This document shows positions 12,627 to 25,545 of a DNA stretch of 64,000 bases, piece after piece. Each line of letters opens with the position of its first letter. The stretch's first letter is position 1. The DNA is from Malacoraja senta (taxonomy: Eukaryota). The translations under genes and the position numbers were made by a program. The DNA is taken from positions 351,540,001-351,604,000 of the forward strand of contig CM075977.1 in NCBI GenBank assembly GCA_038087875.1, written 5' to 3'. A model generated the notes under the pieces. The model worked only from the letters and a program-made list of their open reading frames with translations. It was not told where the DNA came from and ran no database searches.

Positions 12627-13744
12627 CCCAAAATAATTTGATGCAACTTGATTAAGGATTGAAAGTGAGTTTAGCAACAAAACTTGGCCTCTTGATCAGT
12701 ATTTATCCACTACCTGTGACAAATATCATTTTTTTTAAATCTTCAAACTAAAACTTTGAAATTGTACACAAATAGTTACTTTGTGTCTCTGTAGTTAATT
12801 TCTGAGCAAGGCAGAACAAAATAAAATCTTTTAAAATGTTCCAATTTATGGTCTTGCACTTAAAATAAATCATTTTTAAGCTTTTAAAAAACCTGTAAAT
12901 AAGCTTACTTAGCAGTAACTCACAGTTGTGATTAGTTTATCTGCAGGCCTAATCAGTTGTTTTAAGGGGCAAAGCAGACTTGCAACAGGATGTTTTTAAA
13001 ACAAGCACAGAAGACCATGAAGACTTAATTTGTGCTGAATGTAATTTGTGCGAGAACATCTACAATGTTTGCACTGAATTAGCCAATTTCTGGTAAATTG
13101 CATCAAAGAAAAGAACCCAATTCAATATCATTTTGAAATTCAGATCTGTATCTTTAACCTGTTTAGATTATTTTGCTTTTTTAAATTACCATTTTGTTGC
13201 TAATTCTTGGAACATAAATCCATCAATGCAACCAGTATTGATCCAGTGATCCACTGCTATTGAAGATAGCAACCAGTACATTACATTGGTAAATATAGAA
13301 TAGGAAATAGCACATTACGTAGGGCACATTTGACCATAATTTGTGATAGCAGTCTTGGTTGCACTTGGGACTTCAGGCTTTTTCAGCACCAATATTGTTT
13401 ATTTTAATTTATCAAACTTGTTTTTTATTCTTTTATTGAGGTACTATGTTTACAGACCTGTTATGCTGCTGCAAGTAAGAATTTCATTGTTCCATTATGT
13501 GGTGCACATGACAATTAAACACTCTTGACCAGGAATCTAGAACCTGACTGAATAGGGTGCATTTCTGGCTTTACTTCAAGGGTGAAGGAATATGAAATTA
13601 ATAGCGCAAGGAAATGTAAGAGTAAGTATATGAGAGGAAAAGAAAGATTAGATTAAATGATAAAATAGAGATATGAAAAGCAAAATATATATTTTTAAAT
13701 CTTTCTAATAAAATCAATATCGGAGGGAGGTGTTAGAATCAGCT

Positions 13745-13865
13745 GTGGCTTAATGGGTAGTATTCCCACGTCAGAATGAAAGGTCATTCATTTAATTTCC
13801 ACTTGAGATAATTAAACAGTGGGCTGACACTCCAGCGCAGTATCAACAGAGTGCACACTGTTGGA
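13745..13865 (+). mobile_element. Ancient SacSINE1/DeuSINE-like remnant
   Basis: Box-A-like GTGGCTTAATGGGTAG followed by GGCTGACACTCCAGCGCAGTA..GAGTGCACACTGTTGGAG, recalled as the SacSINE1 pre-Deu segment. Confidence 0.5.
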
Positions 13866-16784
13866 GATCACAGTGAATGGTGGTGCTGGCCCAAAGGGCT
13901 GAATGGCCTACTCCTGCACCTGTTGTCTATTGAAATCAAATATTTTTGCTATCACCGCATTGTTGTTTTCATGCTCAAATTGGAAGAGTTCAGCAGGTTA
14001 AGCAGTATCAGAGTAGACAGTACTTTTACTGCACAAACAGAACTTGTGACCAGCAGTACAGCAATTCCTAATAAAGAGAGGGTGATTTTTCTAACAAAAT
14101 ACAATGAGTGAAGGAAAGTTATATAAGAAAATTTAGACACAAACAACAGCAAATGTTGGAAGTTGGAACAAAAATAAAAGTGCTGGAGGAACTCAGCAGG
14201 TCGAACAGCATATGTGGAGATAACGGGATGGTTGTCAAATGTACGGCATTGGCGTACTGCAGGGTCTCAAACCCAAATTTCAACTGTGCCTTTGCTTCCA
14301 CTGAAGCAGCTCAATGTGCGGACTTCCTCCAGTAGATGTAAGAAAATGATGGGATGTGGCCAACAAGGGAAATAACCAGACATCTCCATTTTAATGGAGA
14401 ATGAGAATATTGGGAATAATGACAAGCCTTTCCAGCCATCCTAGGACAAAGATGAAAGTAACATCATCCTTTCAAACTGAATGGAAATCCATGCTTAGGT
14501 GCATGGCTGGATAGAAGTTCAGTTTCATTGAATCTCTGTCAGTTGTGAGGGCCGGAGAACCACAAGAAACATACACAAGTATTGCCACAGAAGGCTGTGG
14601 AGGCCAATGGATATTTATAAGGCAGAGATAGATAGATTCTTGATTAGTGCGGGTGTTAGGGGTTATGGGGAGAAGGCAGGAGAATGGGGTTAGGAGGGGG
14701 AGATAGATCAGCCATGATTGAATGGTCATTCAATATAGACTTAATGGGGAGTAGATTTAATGTGCCGAATGGCCTAATTCTGCTCCTATCACAAGAATTT
14801 ATGACCCCAAAACAACAAACTGATTCACAATTTATGTACCTAAACATCTTTATAAGATTATTTCTACACAGAATCTCCCCCATACATTTTTACATATTAT
14901 TCTTTGAATATGACTATAATTTAAATCTTTGATCAGACCATTTTACTTGACTTCCCTTTCCCCATTAGCATTAATAGTAAATAGTCACCCAGCTGCTGTC
15001 ACTGTTCTCAGTATGTATGCAAACGAACAGTATTGTAGTTCGACATTAAATGTTGAATGTAGACAAAGGATCCCATTGCTTTCTTCTCTCCAAGCAGTCA
15101 CTCAATCTGCTTACCCACAAGAAGTTCAATTAATTCAATAGGTCCATGTTAATAGAAAGCTTTGCGATATGAATGTGTGATGTGAAATACTTTGTGTGTT
15201 CCTCATTAATGATCTTTACATAGGCCTCAGAATGCAAGAGAAGTCTCTGAAAATGATTGTTCAAATTTGGGGGGATTCAAATCCTCAAATCACTGAGACA
15301 GCGACAAAAAAAAATGTTGTTAGTGAATGCAATACATGCTTTGATTTTTTAAACAGTGTTTCTAAAATTCTAAGAGAACTTAAAACCCTAACTTGCAATT
15401 TATTTTATATTATTTACTCAGAGTGAGTTTAATACAATAAGTTTGCAGCTCTATTATACTGGAATATTTAGCATTAATTGCATTGAAAAATAATGTTATA
15501 TTCAAAGTTAGTTATTTAAATGCCTAATTTTATAATCTGTACGATGAACCACATCTGTCTAATTACGACCTGATATTTTAAAAGGGAATTGAATTTAGTT
15601 TCTCTATTATACAGAGAACTATAAGCAAATTATGTTAAATTGGAAAATTCTTTAAAAAGATGTAACTTTGGGTGGCAAATGGGTGTGGAACAAGGACATT
15701 GTTGAAATACCATCCTTGTGTTTGAGAGTTTCTTCGTTCCCTCTTTGTTAAAGAATAATATTTGTTCAGTGTACTTGTCCTTAATGAAAAAAAATAGGAG
15801 TGTTTGTTTGACTGATTTATTGGCCAATAATGCAACAGAGCTCAAAGTCTACTTATTGTTGATTTATTACTGAAACAAGCTTAAGATTTAATGCCACAAC
15901 AAACCTTTTTGTTCTAATAAAGCTCAGGGGCATGGTATTTCCCTTCACTTGAAAGTGAGGATTTGCTGCTTACTGTTTCTGTTTCCTGGAGCAAACACCT
16001 CACAAATTGATGGATCTATCCTCTGAGGCATTACTGCTTTTTAAAATATTAATATGTGAGCACATTTAGCAGAGAGTAGCTAGTCTGAAAGTCTCCTGTG
16101 GCTGCTATACAGGACACCAAAGACCTTCCGCCACACAGAGAAAAAGATTTGGTCTAAGTATGGCATTAAGCCGAGCTTTCAGATTTTACAAAATGACCTT
16201 CCTCGCATTTCTGAGGAAACAGCAGTAGCATTTTTCATACAATTTTTCTTCGTTTCAGAATTTGGTTTCTGTTCTGGAAATGAAAGTGATACATGCTGCA
16301 CTGCAGCCTCAGATCTCAGCTAAACACTGATTAGGTAGGACTGGTCGTCACATCTTGTTATAGTGGCGTATAGCCGCAGGATCCCCTCTGTGATTCAGAA
16401 AAAGACTTGCACTGATTCCATGTAGAAACATAAACTTCTGCAGAAGTGCATCGTTTGGCAGTAAATCTTAATCAAGGTCCAGATTATTATCAATATTTTT
16501 TAACGCAAGTGTGGCCAATGTTTCAAATTCCAGTGGAGTCAAACTTTGGAATACATTTCATTTGTTATACCTGCAGAGACATCTGCTGAACACAGCAATA
16601 TTAATGTGTGTTGGAGAATAAAAAGCATCATATTGAAGAATTTAACAATACAGATTGGTCACTAAACACAGATCACCTTCACAATGTCAATCGGAGGGAA
16701 CCTTTTACTTTGGTTAGTCAAAGTTTGAAATTCAAGCTTGTTATTTGATGGCTTGTAAAGGGCTAAGCAGGTAATCACATTTTG

Positions 16785-17495
16785 GATGATAAACACAAAA
16801 TGCTGGAGTATCTCAGCGGCTCAGGCAGCATCTTTGGAGAAAAGGAATAGGCGATGTTTTTGTCGAGACCCTTCTTCAGACTGAGAGTCAGGGGAGAGGG
16901 AAACGAGAGGTATGAAAAGGAACAAAGAACAAATGAATAAAAGGTATGAAAAGAAAAAGCCAACACCGATGATCAAGTAAAGGTTGAACCCACAATGGCC
17001 CATTGTTGGTCGTAGATAAGATGATTATGAAGGGATATGAACAGTGAAACTAAGCAGAACGACAGTGAAACTTGTAGGATGATGGGTGGGGAGGGGCAGA
17101 GAGAGGGAATGCAAGGGTTACGTGAAAATAGAGAACTCAATATTCAAATCACAGGGTTGTAAGCTGCCCAAGCAAAATAAGAGGTACTGTTCCTCCAATT
17201 TGCATTTGGCCTCATTCTGACAACAGAGGAGGCTCAAGAAAGGAAGGTCAGTATGGGAATGGGAAGAGGAGGTAACATCCTCTCTCAGTGCTCCCCCGCT
17301 GTGATTCCTCCTGCTCTCCAGCTCCACACTTTTCATACCTTTCATTCATTTGTACTTTGTTCCTTTTCATACCTCTAGTTTCCCAATTAAAACGTCACCT
17401 ATTCCATTTCTCCAGAGATGCTGCCTAACCTGTTGAGTTACTCCAGCATTTTGAGTCTATCTTTGGCGCAAACCATCATCTGCAGTTCCTTCCTA
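16785..17495. mobile_element. Penelope-like remnant with GIY-YIG C-terminus, pseudo-LTR and inverted tail
   Basis: Minus strand HSHTDLPFLSLLCCQNEAKCKLEEQYLLFCLGSLQPCDLNIEFS (17118-17270); hammerhead-like motif near 16850-16883 (-); plus-strand tail 17390-17495; CACATTTTG at 16776 and 17496. Confidence 0.75.
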
Positions 17496-17718
17496 CACAT
17501 TTTGTCTACTCCACTGCAAAATCTCTTCAAGGTATGCCTACTTTGAAGAAGTCCTCCTCCTCTCTCCAATGGGAGTTCAGCAACATCCTCTCTGCAGTTC
17601 CATCCTACACAAACACATTTAAGTGCGTGCATGCATGTTTGATACGCTGTCTTGGGTTTGTTCAAAAAGAAAATAACTGCATTTATATGTTATACTTTCC
17701 TAATATCAGGATATCTCA

Positions 17719-19176
17719 GACACAAGGAACTACAGATGCTGGTTTACATGCTGGAGTAACTCAGTAGGCCAGGCAACATTTCCGTAGAACATGGATAGGT
17801 GATATTTTGGGTCAGGACCCTACTTCAGAATGATTTTGGTGGTGGGGGTGGAGAAAAGTGGAAGTGAGTTGGAGACAGAACAAAGCCTGGCAAAGTGATA
17901 AATGGGGCGGCAAGGTAGCGCAGCGGTAGAGCTGCTGCCTTACAATGCCAGAGACCCGGGTTCTGACCACGGGGGCTGTCTGTATGGAGTTTATACGTTC
18001 TCCCTGTGACCACGTGGGTTTTCTCCGGGAGTTCCGGTTTTCCCCCCACACTCCAAAGACATGTAGGTTAATTGGCTTCGGTAAAGATTGTAAATTGTCC
18101 CTAGTGTGTGGAATAGTGCTAGTGTACGGGGTGATCGCTGGTCGGTGCAAACTTGATGGGCCGAAGGACCTATTTCTGCACTGTATCTCTAAATTAAACT
18201 AAATGGGTACAGGTCAGGGGACCGGGGTTGATTAACTTACAAACAACTCACCTCCTCGTTCTCTCCCCCCCCCCTCTTTTTCACCCTTCTCTTTCCTATG
18301 CCCCACAAGAATTCTTTCTCCCGTTCCCCATCCAAATGTTCTCTTTCACCTATGTTGCTTCCAGTAGCTTCCCAATTTTCATCGCTTCTATCCAGTAGCT
18401 TCCCAATCTTCATCGCTTCACACTTTTTGTCTTTTCATCTCAGGCCTTTGTTTCACCCTTTGCTTATCAACCCCCCCCCCCCCGCACACACACACACACA
18501 CACACTCTCTCTCTCACCCGTATCCACCTATCACTTGCCAGGCTTTGTCTTGCCCCAACTTCAGTTCCAGCTTTCTCCCCACCACCACAGTCAGTCTGCA
18601 GAAGGGTCACCACCCAAAATGTCATCTTCCTATGTGGTCCACTGATGCCGCCTCACCCGCTGAGTTAGTCCAGCACTTTGTGTCTTGTTTTTCACCAATC
18701 ACTTGCCAGGCTTTGTCCTGCCCTCTCCTCCATTCCAGCCTTCTCTCCCCCCCCCCCCCACCACAATCAGTCTGAAGAAATGTCTCGAGCCGAATAATCA
18801 CCTATTCATGTTCTCCAGAGAAGCTGACTGGCTGACTGTCTTCCAGCACTTTGTATCTTTTTTTTGTTAAACAGCATCCGCAATTCATTGTGTCTCAATA
18901 TCACTTGACAGGCATTAGTCCTGCTCCCACCTCTATTCCAGCTTTCTCCCCCACCAAAACAATTAGGGTACCGACCTGAAACATTGCCTTTCCATATGAT
19001 CCACAGATGCTGCCTCACCTGCTGAATTAGTCCCGCTCTTTGTATCTTTTTCTGCTAACTATCACTTCCCAGGCTTTGGCCTGCCCCCACCTCTCTTTAG
19101 CTTTCTACCCCCAGCACAATCTGAAGAAATGTCCCGACCCAAAACATAACCTATCCAGCACTTTGTGTCTTTTTTT
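17719..19176. mobile_element. Penelope-derived non-coding element: one inverted unit plus four tandem ~160-200-bp hammerhead-bearing units
   Basis: 15-bp TSD TATCAGGATATC(T/C)CA at 17704-17718 and 19177-19191. Units start ATCACTT(G/C)(C/A)CAGGC near 18530, 18698, 18899 and 19061, each with a degenerate CTGAAGA..stem..GAAA motif. Confidence 0.75.
17907..18199 (+). mobile_element. HE1-type SINE inserted in the Penelope-derived element
   Basis: SINE consensus with 8-bp TSD TAAATGGG at 17899-17906 and 18200-18207. Confidence 0.88.
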
Positions 19177-19243
19177 TATCAGGATATCCCACATAATTTA
19201 AGCCCAATGAAGTGTTTTTTACGTTTTTGCTAATGATTGAAAA

Positions 19244-20298
19244 ATTAACGGGTCCCTTTCAGAATGGCAGGCAGTGACTATTGGGGTACCGCAAGGCTTG
19301 GTGCTGGGACCGCAGTTATTTACAATATACATTAAATGAGGGGATTTAGATGAGGGGATTAAAAGTAACATTAGCAAATTTTGAGATGACACAAAGCTGG
19401 GATGCTATGAGGATGTAGGGTGACTTGGACAGGTTGGGTGAGTGGGCAGATGCAAGGCAGATGCCATTTAATGTGGATAAATGTGAGGTTATCCACTTTG
19501 GTGGCAAGAACAGGAAGACAGATTATTATCTGAATGGTGTCAAGATAGGAAAAGGGGAAATACAATGAGATCTGGGGGTCCTTGTTCATCAGTCACTGAA
19601 AGTAAGCATGCACGTACAGCAGGCAGTGAACAAAGCTAATGGCATGTTGGCCTTCATAACAAGATGCGTTGAGTATAGGAGCAGAGGTCCTTCTGCAGTT
19701 GAACAGGGCCCTGGTAATACCACACCTGGAGTAATGTGTGCAGTTTTGGTCTCCAAAATATGAGGAAAGCCATTCTTCCTATTGAGGGAGTACAGCGTAG
19801 GTTCACGAGTTTAATTCTCGGGATGGCTGGACCATCATATGTTGAAAGAATGGAGCGACTGGGCTTGTATACTCTGGAATTTAGAAGGATGAGAGGGACT
19901 CTTATTGAAACATATAAGATTATTAAGGGATTGGACACGCTAGAGGCAGGAAACATGGCCCCGATGTTGGGGGAGTGCAGAACCAGGTGCCACAGTTTAA
20001 GAATAAGGGGTATGCCATTTAGAACGGAGATGAGGAAAAACTTTTTCACCCAGAGAGTTGTGAATCTGTGGAATTCTCTGCCTCAGAAGGCAGTGGTGGC
20101 CGATTCTCTGGATGCTTTCAAGAGAGAGTTAGATAGAGCTGTTAAAGATAGCGGAGTCGGGGGATATGGGGAGAAAGGAGGAATTGGGTACTGATTGTGG
20201 GTGATCAGCCATGATCACAGTGAATGTGGTGCTGGCTCGAAGGGCCAAATGGCCATCTCTTGCACCTATTGTCTATTGCTTATTGTCTATTGTCTATT
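19244..20298 (+). mobile_element. 5'-truncated CR1 LINE
   Basis: GVPQGLVLGPQLFTIY through VVNLWNSLPQK, with a (TATTGTC)n tail. Confidence 0.9.
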
Positions 20299-22517
20299 AG
20301 AAATTGTTTATACCGTGACTTATTTATCTTCTCTACAGTGTAGAAACCCATACAGAGCTGAGGTAAATCTTACCACATTTTTAATCAAATTATCCCCCGT
20401 GGCAAATGTGCCATTGATTTATTTCTTCTGGGTGTAACAAAAAGTGACATTCAAGCCTGCGTTACATGGTGGGAGCTTTGTTCCTGTTGTTCCACATAGG
20501 AAGTAAATTATGAGGATGAGCAGCTTGGCACACTCCTGTGATACTGAAGTGATTTATGGAAATAAAATGCAACTAAGGTTCACTGAAACAATTTAAATAA
20601 AATAGCACTGCAATTTTGCTGAAATTAAAATGAATTTACAAGATTTGAATAAGGCAACTTTGAAGACAGGCCCCCATTAAAATTTAAAAATAAACTGATC
20701 ATTCGACATAAAGAAAAACTGTTTTCGCAATGAAATACAGGATCTTCATTAAGATGAGTAGGCTGGAGTAATTTTGAATGTTAGCCACACTGAGTAGGAT
20801 TACCACAATTGAAAGGAGCTCGCGAAGAAGTTACACCAGAGCTTTGTGTCTTTTTTTATTGAAAGAAGCTTGTAGTTTACATTCTAATGCCATTTACCAT
20901 GGGTATTCTGTGAAAATAGATGCATATTGAATGGCACTGCTGGCTCAAAGGGCCGAATGGCCTACTGCTGCACCTATTTTCTATGTTTCATATTTCATAT
21001 TTCTCCCACTGTTCCCTGGCAAAAGAGAACGATCTTATGAACATGAGAATGATGTTCTCTATCACTTCACTCTACTGACTCTATACTATCACTCTACTGA
21101 AGCACTTCAATATCACAGGGGTGATATACTCATAATTTACAGGAGAGGGTGGTGCTCTGTGGAATTCATTGCTACAGATGGCTGTGGAGGTCAAGTCAAT
21201 GGATATTTTTAGGGTAGAGATTGACATATTTTTGATTAGTACATGTGTCTGGGGTTATGGGGAGGAGAATTGAGTTGAGAATGAAAGATAGATCAGCCGT
21301 GATTGTATGGCGGAGTAGACTTGAAGGGCAGAATGGCCTAATTCTGCTCCTATAACTTATGAACTTATGAACTGCCTGCATCTCTCTCCTTTGTGTGCAA
21401 CACTGTTACAATACAAATTTCTCCAATTGTTGACAGAAAAAATTCATAGCCACAATTACGAATTCATAACCAGTGCAATCAGGTCCTTGCTGCTTTAGCT
21501 TTGCAATTGTGGCTGTTTCAGGTGGCAGGTTTAAATTGTCTAACTGGAACGTAGATGTCCCATTCACTGTTGCTCAGGGAGGGGGAGGCAGGGAATAACA
21601 AAGGGGAACCTGGCACAGGGGGGAGGAGGGGGGGGGGGGGAATTTGTAACTTTGTAAGTGCCATTTATGGGCGACTATTTGCTAAGAATTTCACTGTGAC
21701 TTGTCATCTTCTCATCTCTCCTCATCCTTCTTTGCTCATTTTCCCAGTATAACGGGTTGGTAAGGAGAATGGCAACTAGTTTGTGCAGGTGCCTTAAAGT
21801 CAGGACAAAGTGGAACATCACCTGACATAGCACTCTTTGTAGCTTTAACCACCAAACACTTGTGCAATTCACTAAATATTCACAATATGACTGATGATTC
21901 CCATAACTAACACTGTTCCTTCCTTACGCGCTTTTAGGTGTCTAAAGTTAAGAGATGACATTAGCTGGAATACTGAAATCCAAAATAACATTGTAGGACA
22001 CTGGGGAGTGTTGTAGAGAAGAAGGATCATACACAGTTCAATGAAAGTGGTATCACAGGTAGATAGGGTGGTAACGAAGGTTGTTGGTATATTGGCCTTT
22101 TACAGTCAGGGTATTGAGTATAGAATGTTATTCAAATTGCTGACCCGAAACATTACCTATTCCTTTTCTCCAGAGATGCTTTCTGACCCACTGAGTTACT
22201 CCAGCTTTTTGTGTCTATTGAGTATAGAAGTTGGGACATTATGTTACAGTTGGACAAGACGTTGGTGAGGCTCCATTTGTAATATTCTGTTTGGTTTTAG
22301 TCACACTGTCATAGGTAGAAAGGCATTAAGATGGATTTCTGGATTGCGCGTAGATTTTCGACAATGTTGTCAGAACACGAGGGCCTGAGAAATAGGGAGA
22401 TAGTGGGTAGGCTAGGATTTTTTTCCAAGGAGCATAGGAGGGTAAAACATGATCTTATAGAGGTGTACAAAATCATGCGGCAAATTAACAGAGTTAATGC
22501 ATTGAGTCGTTACTCAG

Positions 22518-22896
22518 TTCCCCCCGCCACAGGTACTATGTAATGCCGTGCTACCTGCTCCATGGTCGGATAGTCAGCGACTAAACCGTCTCCCCCACCT
22601 GGTTTTCCAGGTGAGGAGGGGGCTGTGGACCCCCAGCAGGTCCAAAAACAAGACCTGTCAAAGGGCGGAGGAGCTTCTAGCGAGCCAACGGCCATCCACA
22701 CTTCAGTAGAAGTTGCGATCACTGTCGTATATAGCATTGGAAGGAATGATGATAAAGCACACACACCAAAATCCTATACTTCCAGCGACGGAAGTCCGCA
22801 GGAACTGGAGGACAGAGATGTGTGGTACGTCCGTCACCATTCCCGTTGGAAACCACCACCACTGCGTCGCTAATGTTTTCAACGATGATGATGAAT
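22518..22896 (+). mobile_element. Short non-autonomous RTE-like retroposon inserted in an old CR1
   Basis: 8-bp TSD TTACTCAG (22510-22517, 22897-22904), (GAT)n tail, and terminal peptide ELEDRDVW..R* resembling an RTE ORF C-terminus. Confidence 0.6.
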
Positions 22897-23029
22897 TTAC
22901 TCAGGGTAGGAGAATCAAGAAGCAAAGGGCGTGAGTTTATGGTGAGAGTGGAAATATTTAATAGGAGAGGGAACTTTTTCACTGGTGGGTATATGGCATA
23001 AGCTGCCAGAAGAGGAGTTGATACGCATA

Positions 23030-23565
23030 TCGAGCCAATGGCCAAGAAAGCACACAATGCCTCGACTTCCTTAGAAGGCTTAGGACGTTTGGCATGTCCC
23101 CAACAACTCTCAGCAAATTCTACAGATGTGCCGTAGAAAGCATTTTATCGAGATGCACCACAGCATAGTTTGGGAGCAACTCCATCTAAGATTGCAAGAA
23201 ATTGCAGAGAATTGTGGACGCAGGCCAGACCATTACACAAACCAACCTCCCTTCCATTGACTCCATTTCCACTTCACGCTGTCTCAGCAAGACCACCAGC
23301 ATAATCGAGGCTGAGGCTCACCCTAGTCACTCCCTCTTCTCCCCTCTCCCATCGGGCAAGAGGTACAGAAGTGTGAAAACGCATACCTACAGATTCAGGG
23401 ACAGTTTCTTTCCAGCTGTTATCAGGCACCTGAATCATCCTATCAATAACTAGAGAGCAATCCTGAGCTATTATGTACCTCATTGGAGACCCTCCAACTA
23501 TCTTTAATCAATCTTTATTGGACTTTATCTTGCATAAAACGTTATTCCCTTTATCCTGAATCTGT
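23030..23565 (+). mobile_element. Rex1/Babar LINE 3' fragment
   Basis: LQRIVDAGQTI..LPSIDSI.TSRCLSK..HPSHSLFSPLPSGKRYRSVKTHTYRFRDSFFPAVIR (23202-23453). Confidence 0.8.
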
Positions 23566-24475
23566 ATCAACCTGCTGAGTTACTGCAGCACTTTGTGTCT
23601 TTCAAAGGGAGAACTGACTCCGAGAAAGGTAGGGGTTTTTTAATTCGATTTTTTTAAAGTGGTTCAGAACTTTTTGTGTTTTTCAAGTGTGTATATGTGT
23701 GTTATATTCTTCCTCACTAACATATTTTAAGGATTATTTAAGGATTTTAGGTTGCTTTTTATTCTAACAGATCCCAAGTGATTCTCAATCTTTTTGATTT
23801 CCAGGACGTTCACCAAGGCTTGGCTTTAAACAGCAACTTTGACATCGGATGAGCTGCGCAGGGTCTTACCGGCTGTTCAGATTCTTGCGTCAGAGCAGCT
23901 GGCATCTTGCCATGCGACGCCATGGTGCACTGGGCTGTCAGGATAACACCTCGTCGTGGATTACAGTGGAAGAAGTGGCATTGTCCAAACGCGTGGCCAA
24001 TGAATGCAGGAGGATCTGCTGCAAAAGATGTCAAAGGCTATGGGGAGAAGGCAGGAGAATGGGGTTGAGCAGGAAATATAGATCGGCTATGATATAATGG
24101 CAGAGTAGACTTGATGGGACAAATGGCCTAATTCTGCACCTATGACATGAACTTATGGAAGTTGCTGAATCCAGATATGCCTAAACTTCCAACTTGCTGA
24201 TGATTTTTTTCCACGGACAACATCAAAATAGATCTAATCTCACAGGTTAAAATTCCTCACACAAACTTTCATTATCTGAGAAAGGAGGTAGACCATGGAA
24301 GTTCTTCATATCCATCTGCAATATGAGATATCAGCACAAAATCCAAGGTTATATTGTTGGAAATCAAGAGCTATTCATACATATCTTTCAGCATTGGGGC
24401 TTGTAGTTGGACAAGAGCCAGGATGGTGAGTGACACCGCATTGTGCCTGCTGGAAGGATACAGTTTTAAAGGAGA

Positions 24476-25545
24476 CTAGATCAAGTGCAGACCTGTTGGG
24501 TCTGCTCCCCCAACGAATGATTCCACCACTCACCCGTTCCCCCAATGCAACCTGTTCCCCCAACGCAATATTGCACCACTCACGCATAGCCCCCAACTGC
24601 ACAGGTGCGGCTCATTTCTCCTCATCCCCAGCACTCCCTCCTCCTCCTCTTCACCCTCCCTCTTCAATCCCTAGAGAGGGAGGGGGATAGAGAGGGAGGG
24701 GTGGTAGAGAGGGAGGGGTGGTAGAGAGGGAGCGGGGTAGAGAGGGAGCGGGGTAGAGAGGGAGCGGGGTAGAGAGGGAGGGGGAAGAGAGGGATGGGGG
24801 GCAGAGAGGGAGGGGGAAGAGAGGGATGGGGGGCAGAGAGGGAGGGGGAAGAGAGGGATGGGGGGCAGAGAGGGAGGGGGAGAGGGAGGGGAGGGGAGTA
24901 GAGAGGTAGTGTAGAGGGAGGGAGGGAGAGGGGCAGAGAGGGAGGGGGTAGAGAGTGAGAGGGAGGGGGTAGAGGGAGAGGGAGGGGTGTATAGTGGGGG
25001 GACATGGCAACCTCCCTCCGTAACCCCTCCTCTCTCCTTCCTCCTCATCTCCTTCATCCTCCTGCCCTCACTCCCATTCCCTGCTCCAGGACCTACCCAG
25101 GTCGTAGAACAGCGCCAGGGCCTGGAATTCGGCCTGGTTCCCTTACTCGGACCGGCCCTGGCTGCAGACTCCAGCCCTCAGCTCAGCCGCCGCCTGGGTT
25201 CCAATCCAAGCCCCAACTTCATTTCCGGGCTCGTCCCTGACCCTGAACCCAGGCTCGTCCTTGGTCCCAGCGGTGGCTTCTTTTGCGGCCTCCGTAACAG
25301 CCCCATCCCAAGCCCCGGGCTCGGCCCTCACTCCAGCTCCAGCACCAGACCCCGGGCTCGGCCAGCGGCACCACCGTCCCTGTCGGGCGTCGGGCGCCAT
25401 CAGCCACCGCCACTCCTTGTTCACCGCGAGCGCTGGAGTGCCCCTCCCTCCCGGAGTGTCCCGTCCTGCCTTTCGAGTGCATTGTGACGTCACTTGGATT
25501 TTTTTTCCCAAAGTGGGAAGGTTATCTTTGGTGACTCTCATAAGT
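24476..25545 (-). mobile_element. Putative non-autonomous Helitron (3' end defined, 5' end uncertain)
   Basis: Minus strand ends GCAGACC-CAACA-GGTCTGC hairpin, 7 nt, CTAG, then T at 24475; interior is a polypurine minisatellite and a CpG-rich block. Confidence 0.55.
24672..25000. repeat. Polypurine G/A minisatellite (~16- and ~32-bp units)
   Basis: Repeats such as TAGAGAGGGAGCGGGG and CAGAGAGGGAGGGGGAAGAGAGGGATGGGGGG. Confidence 0.9.

Noticed and set aside
18530-19176. CRISPR-like repeat-spacer array
   Set aside because: Whole units are homologous with no unique spacers, the context is eukaryotic, and there are no cas genes.
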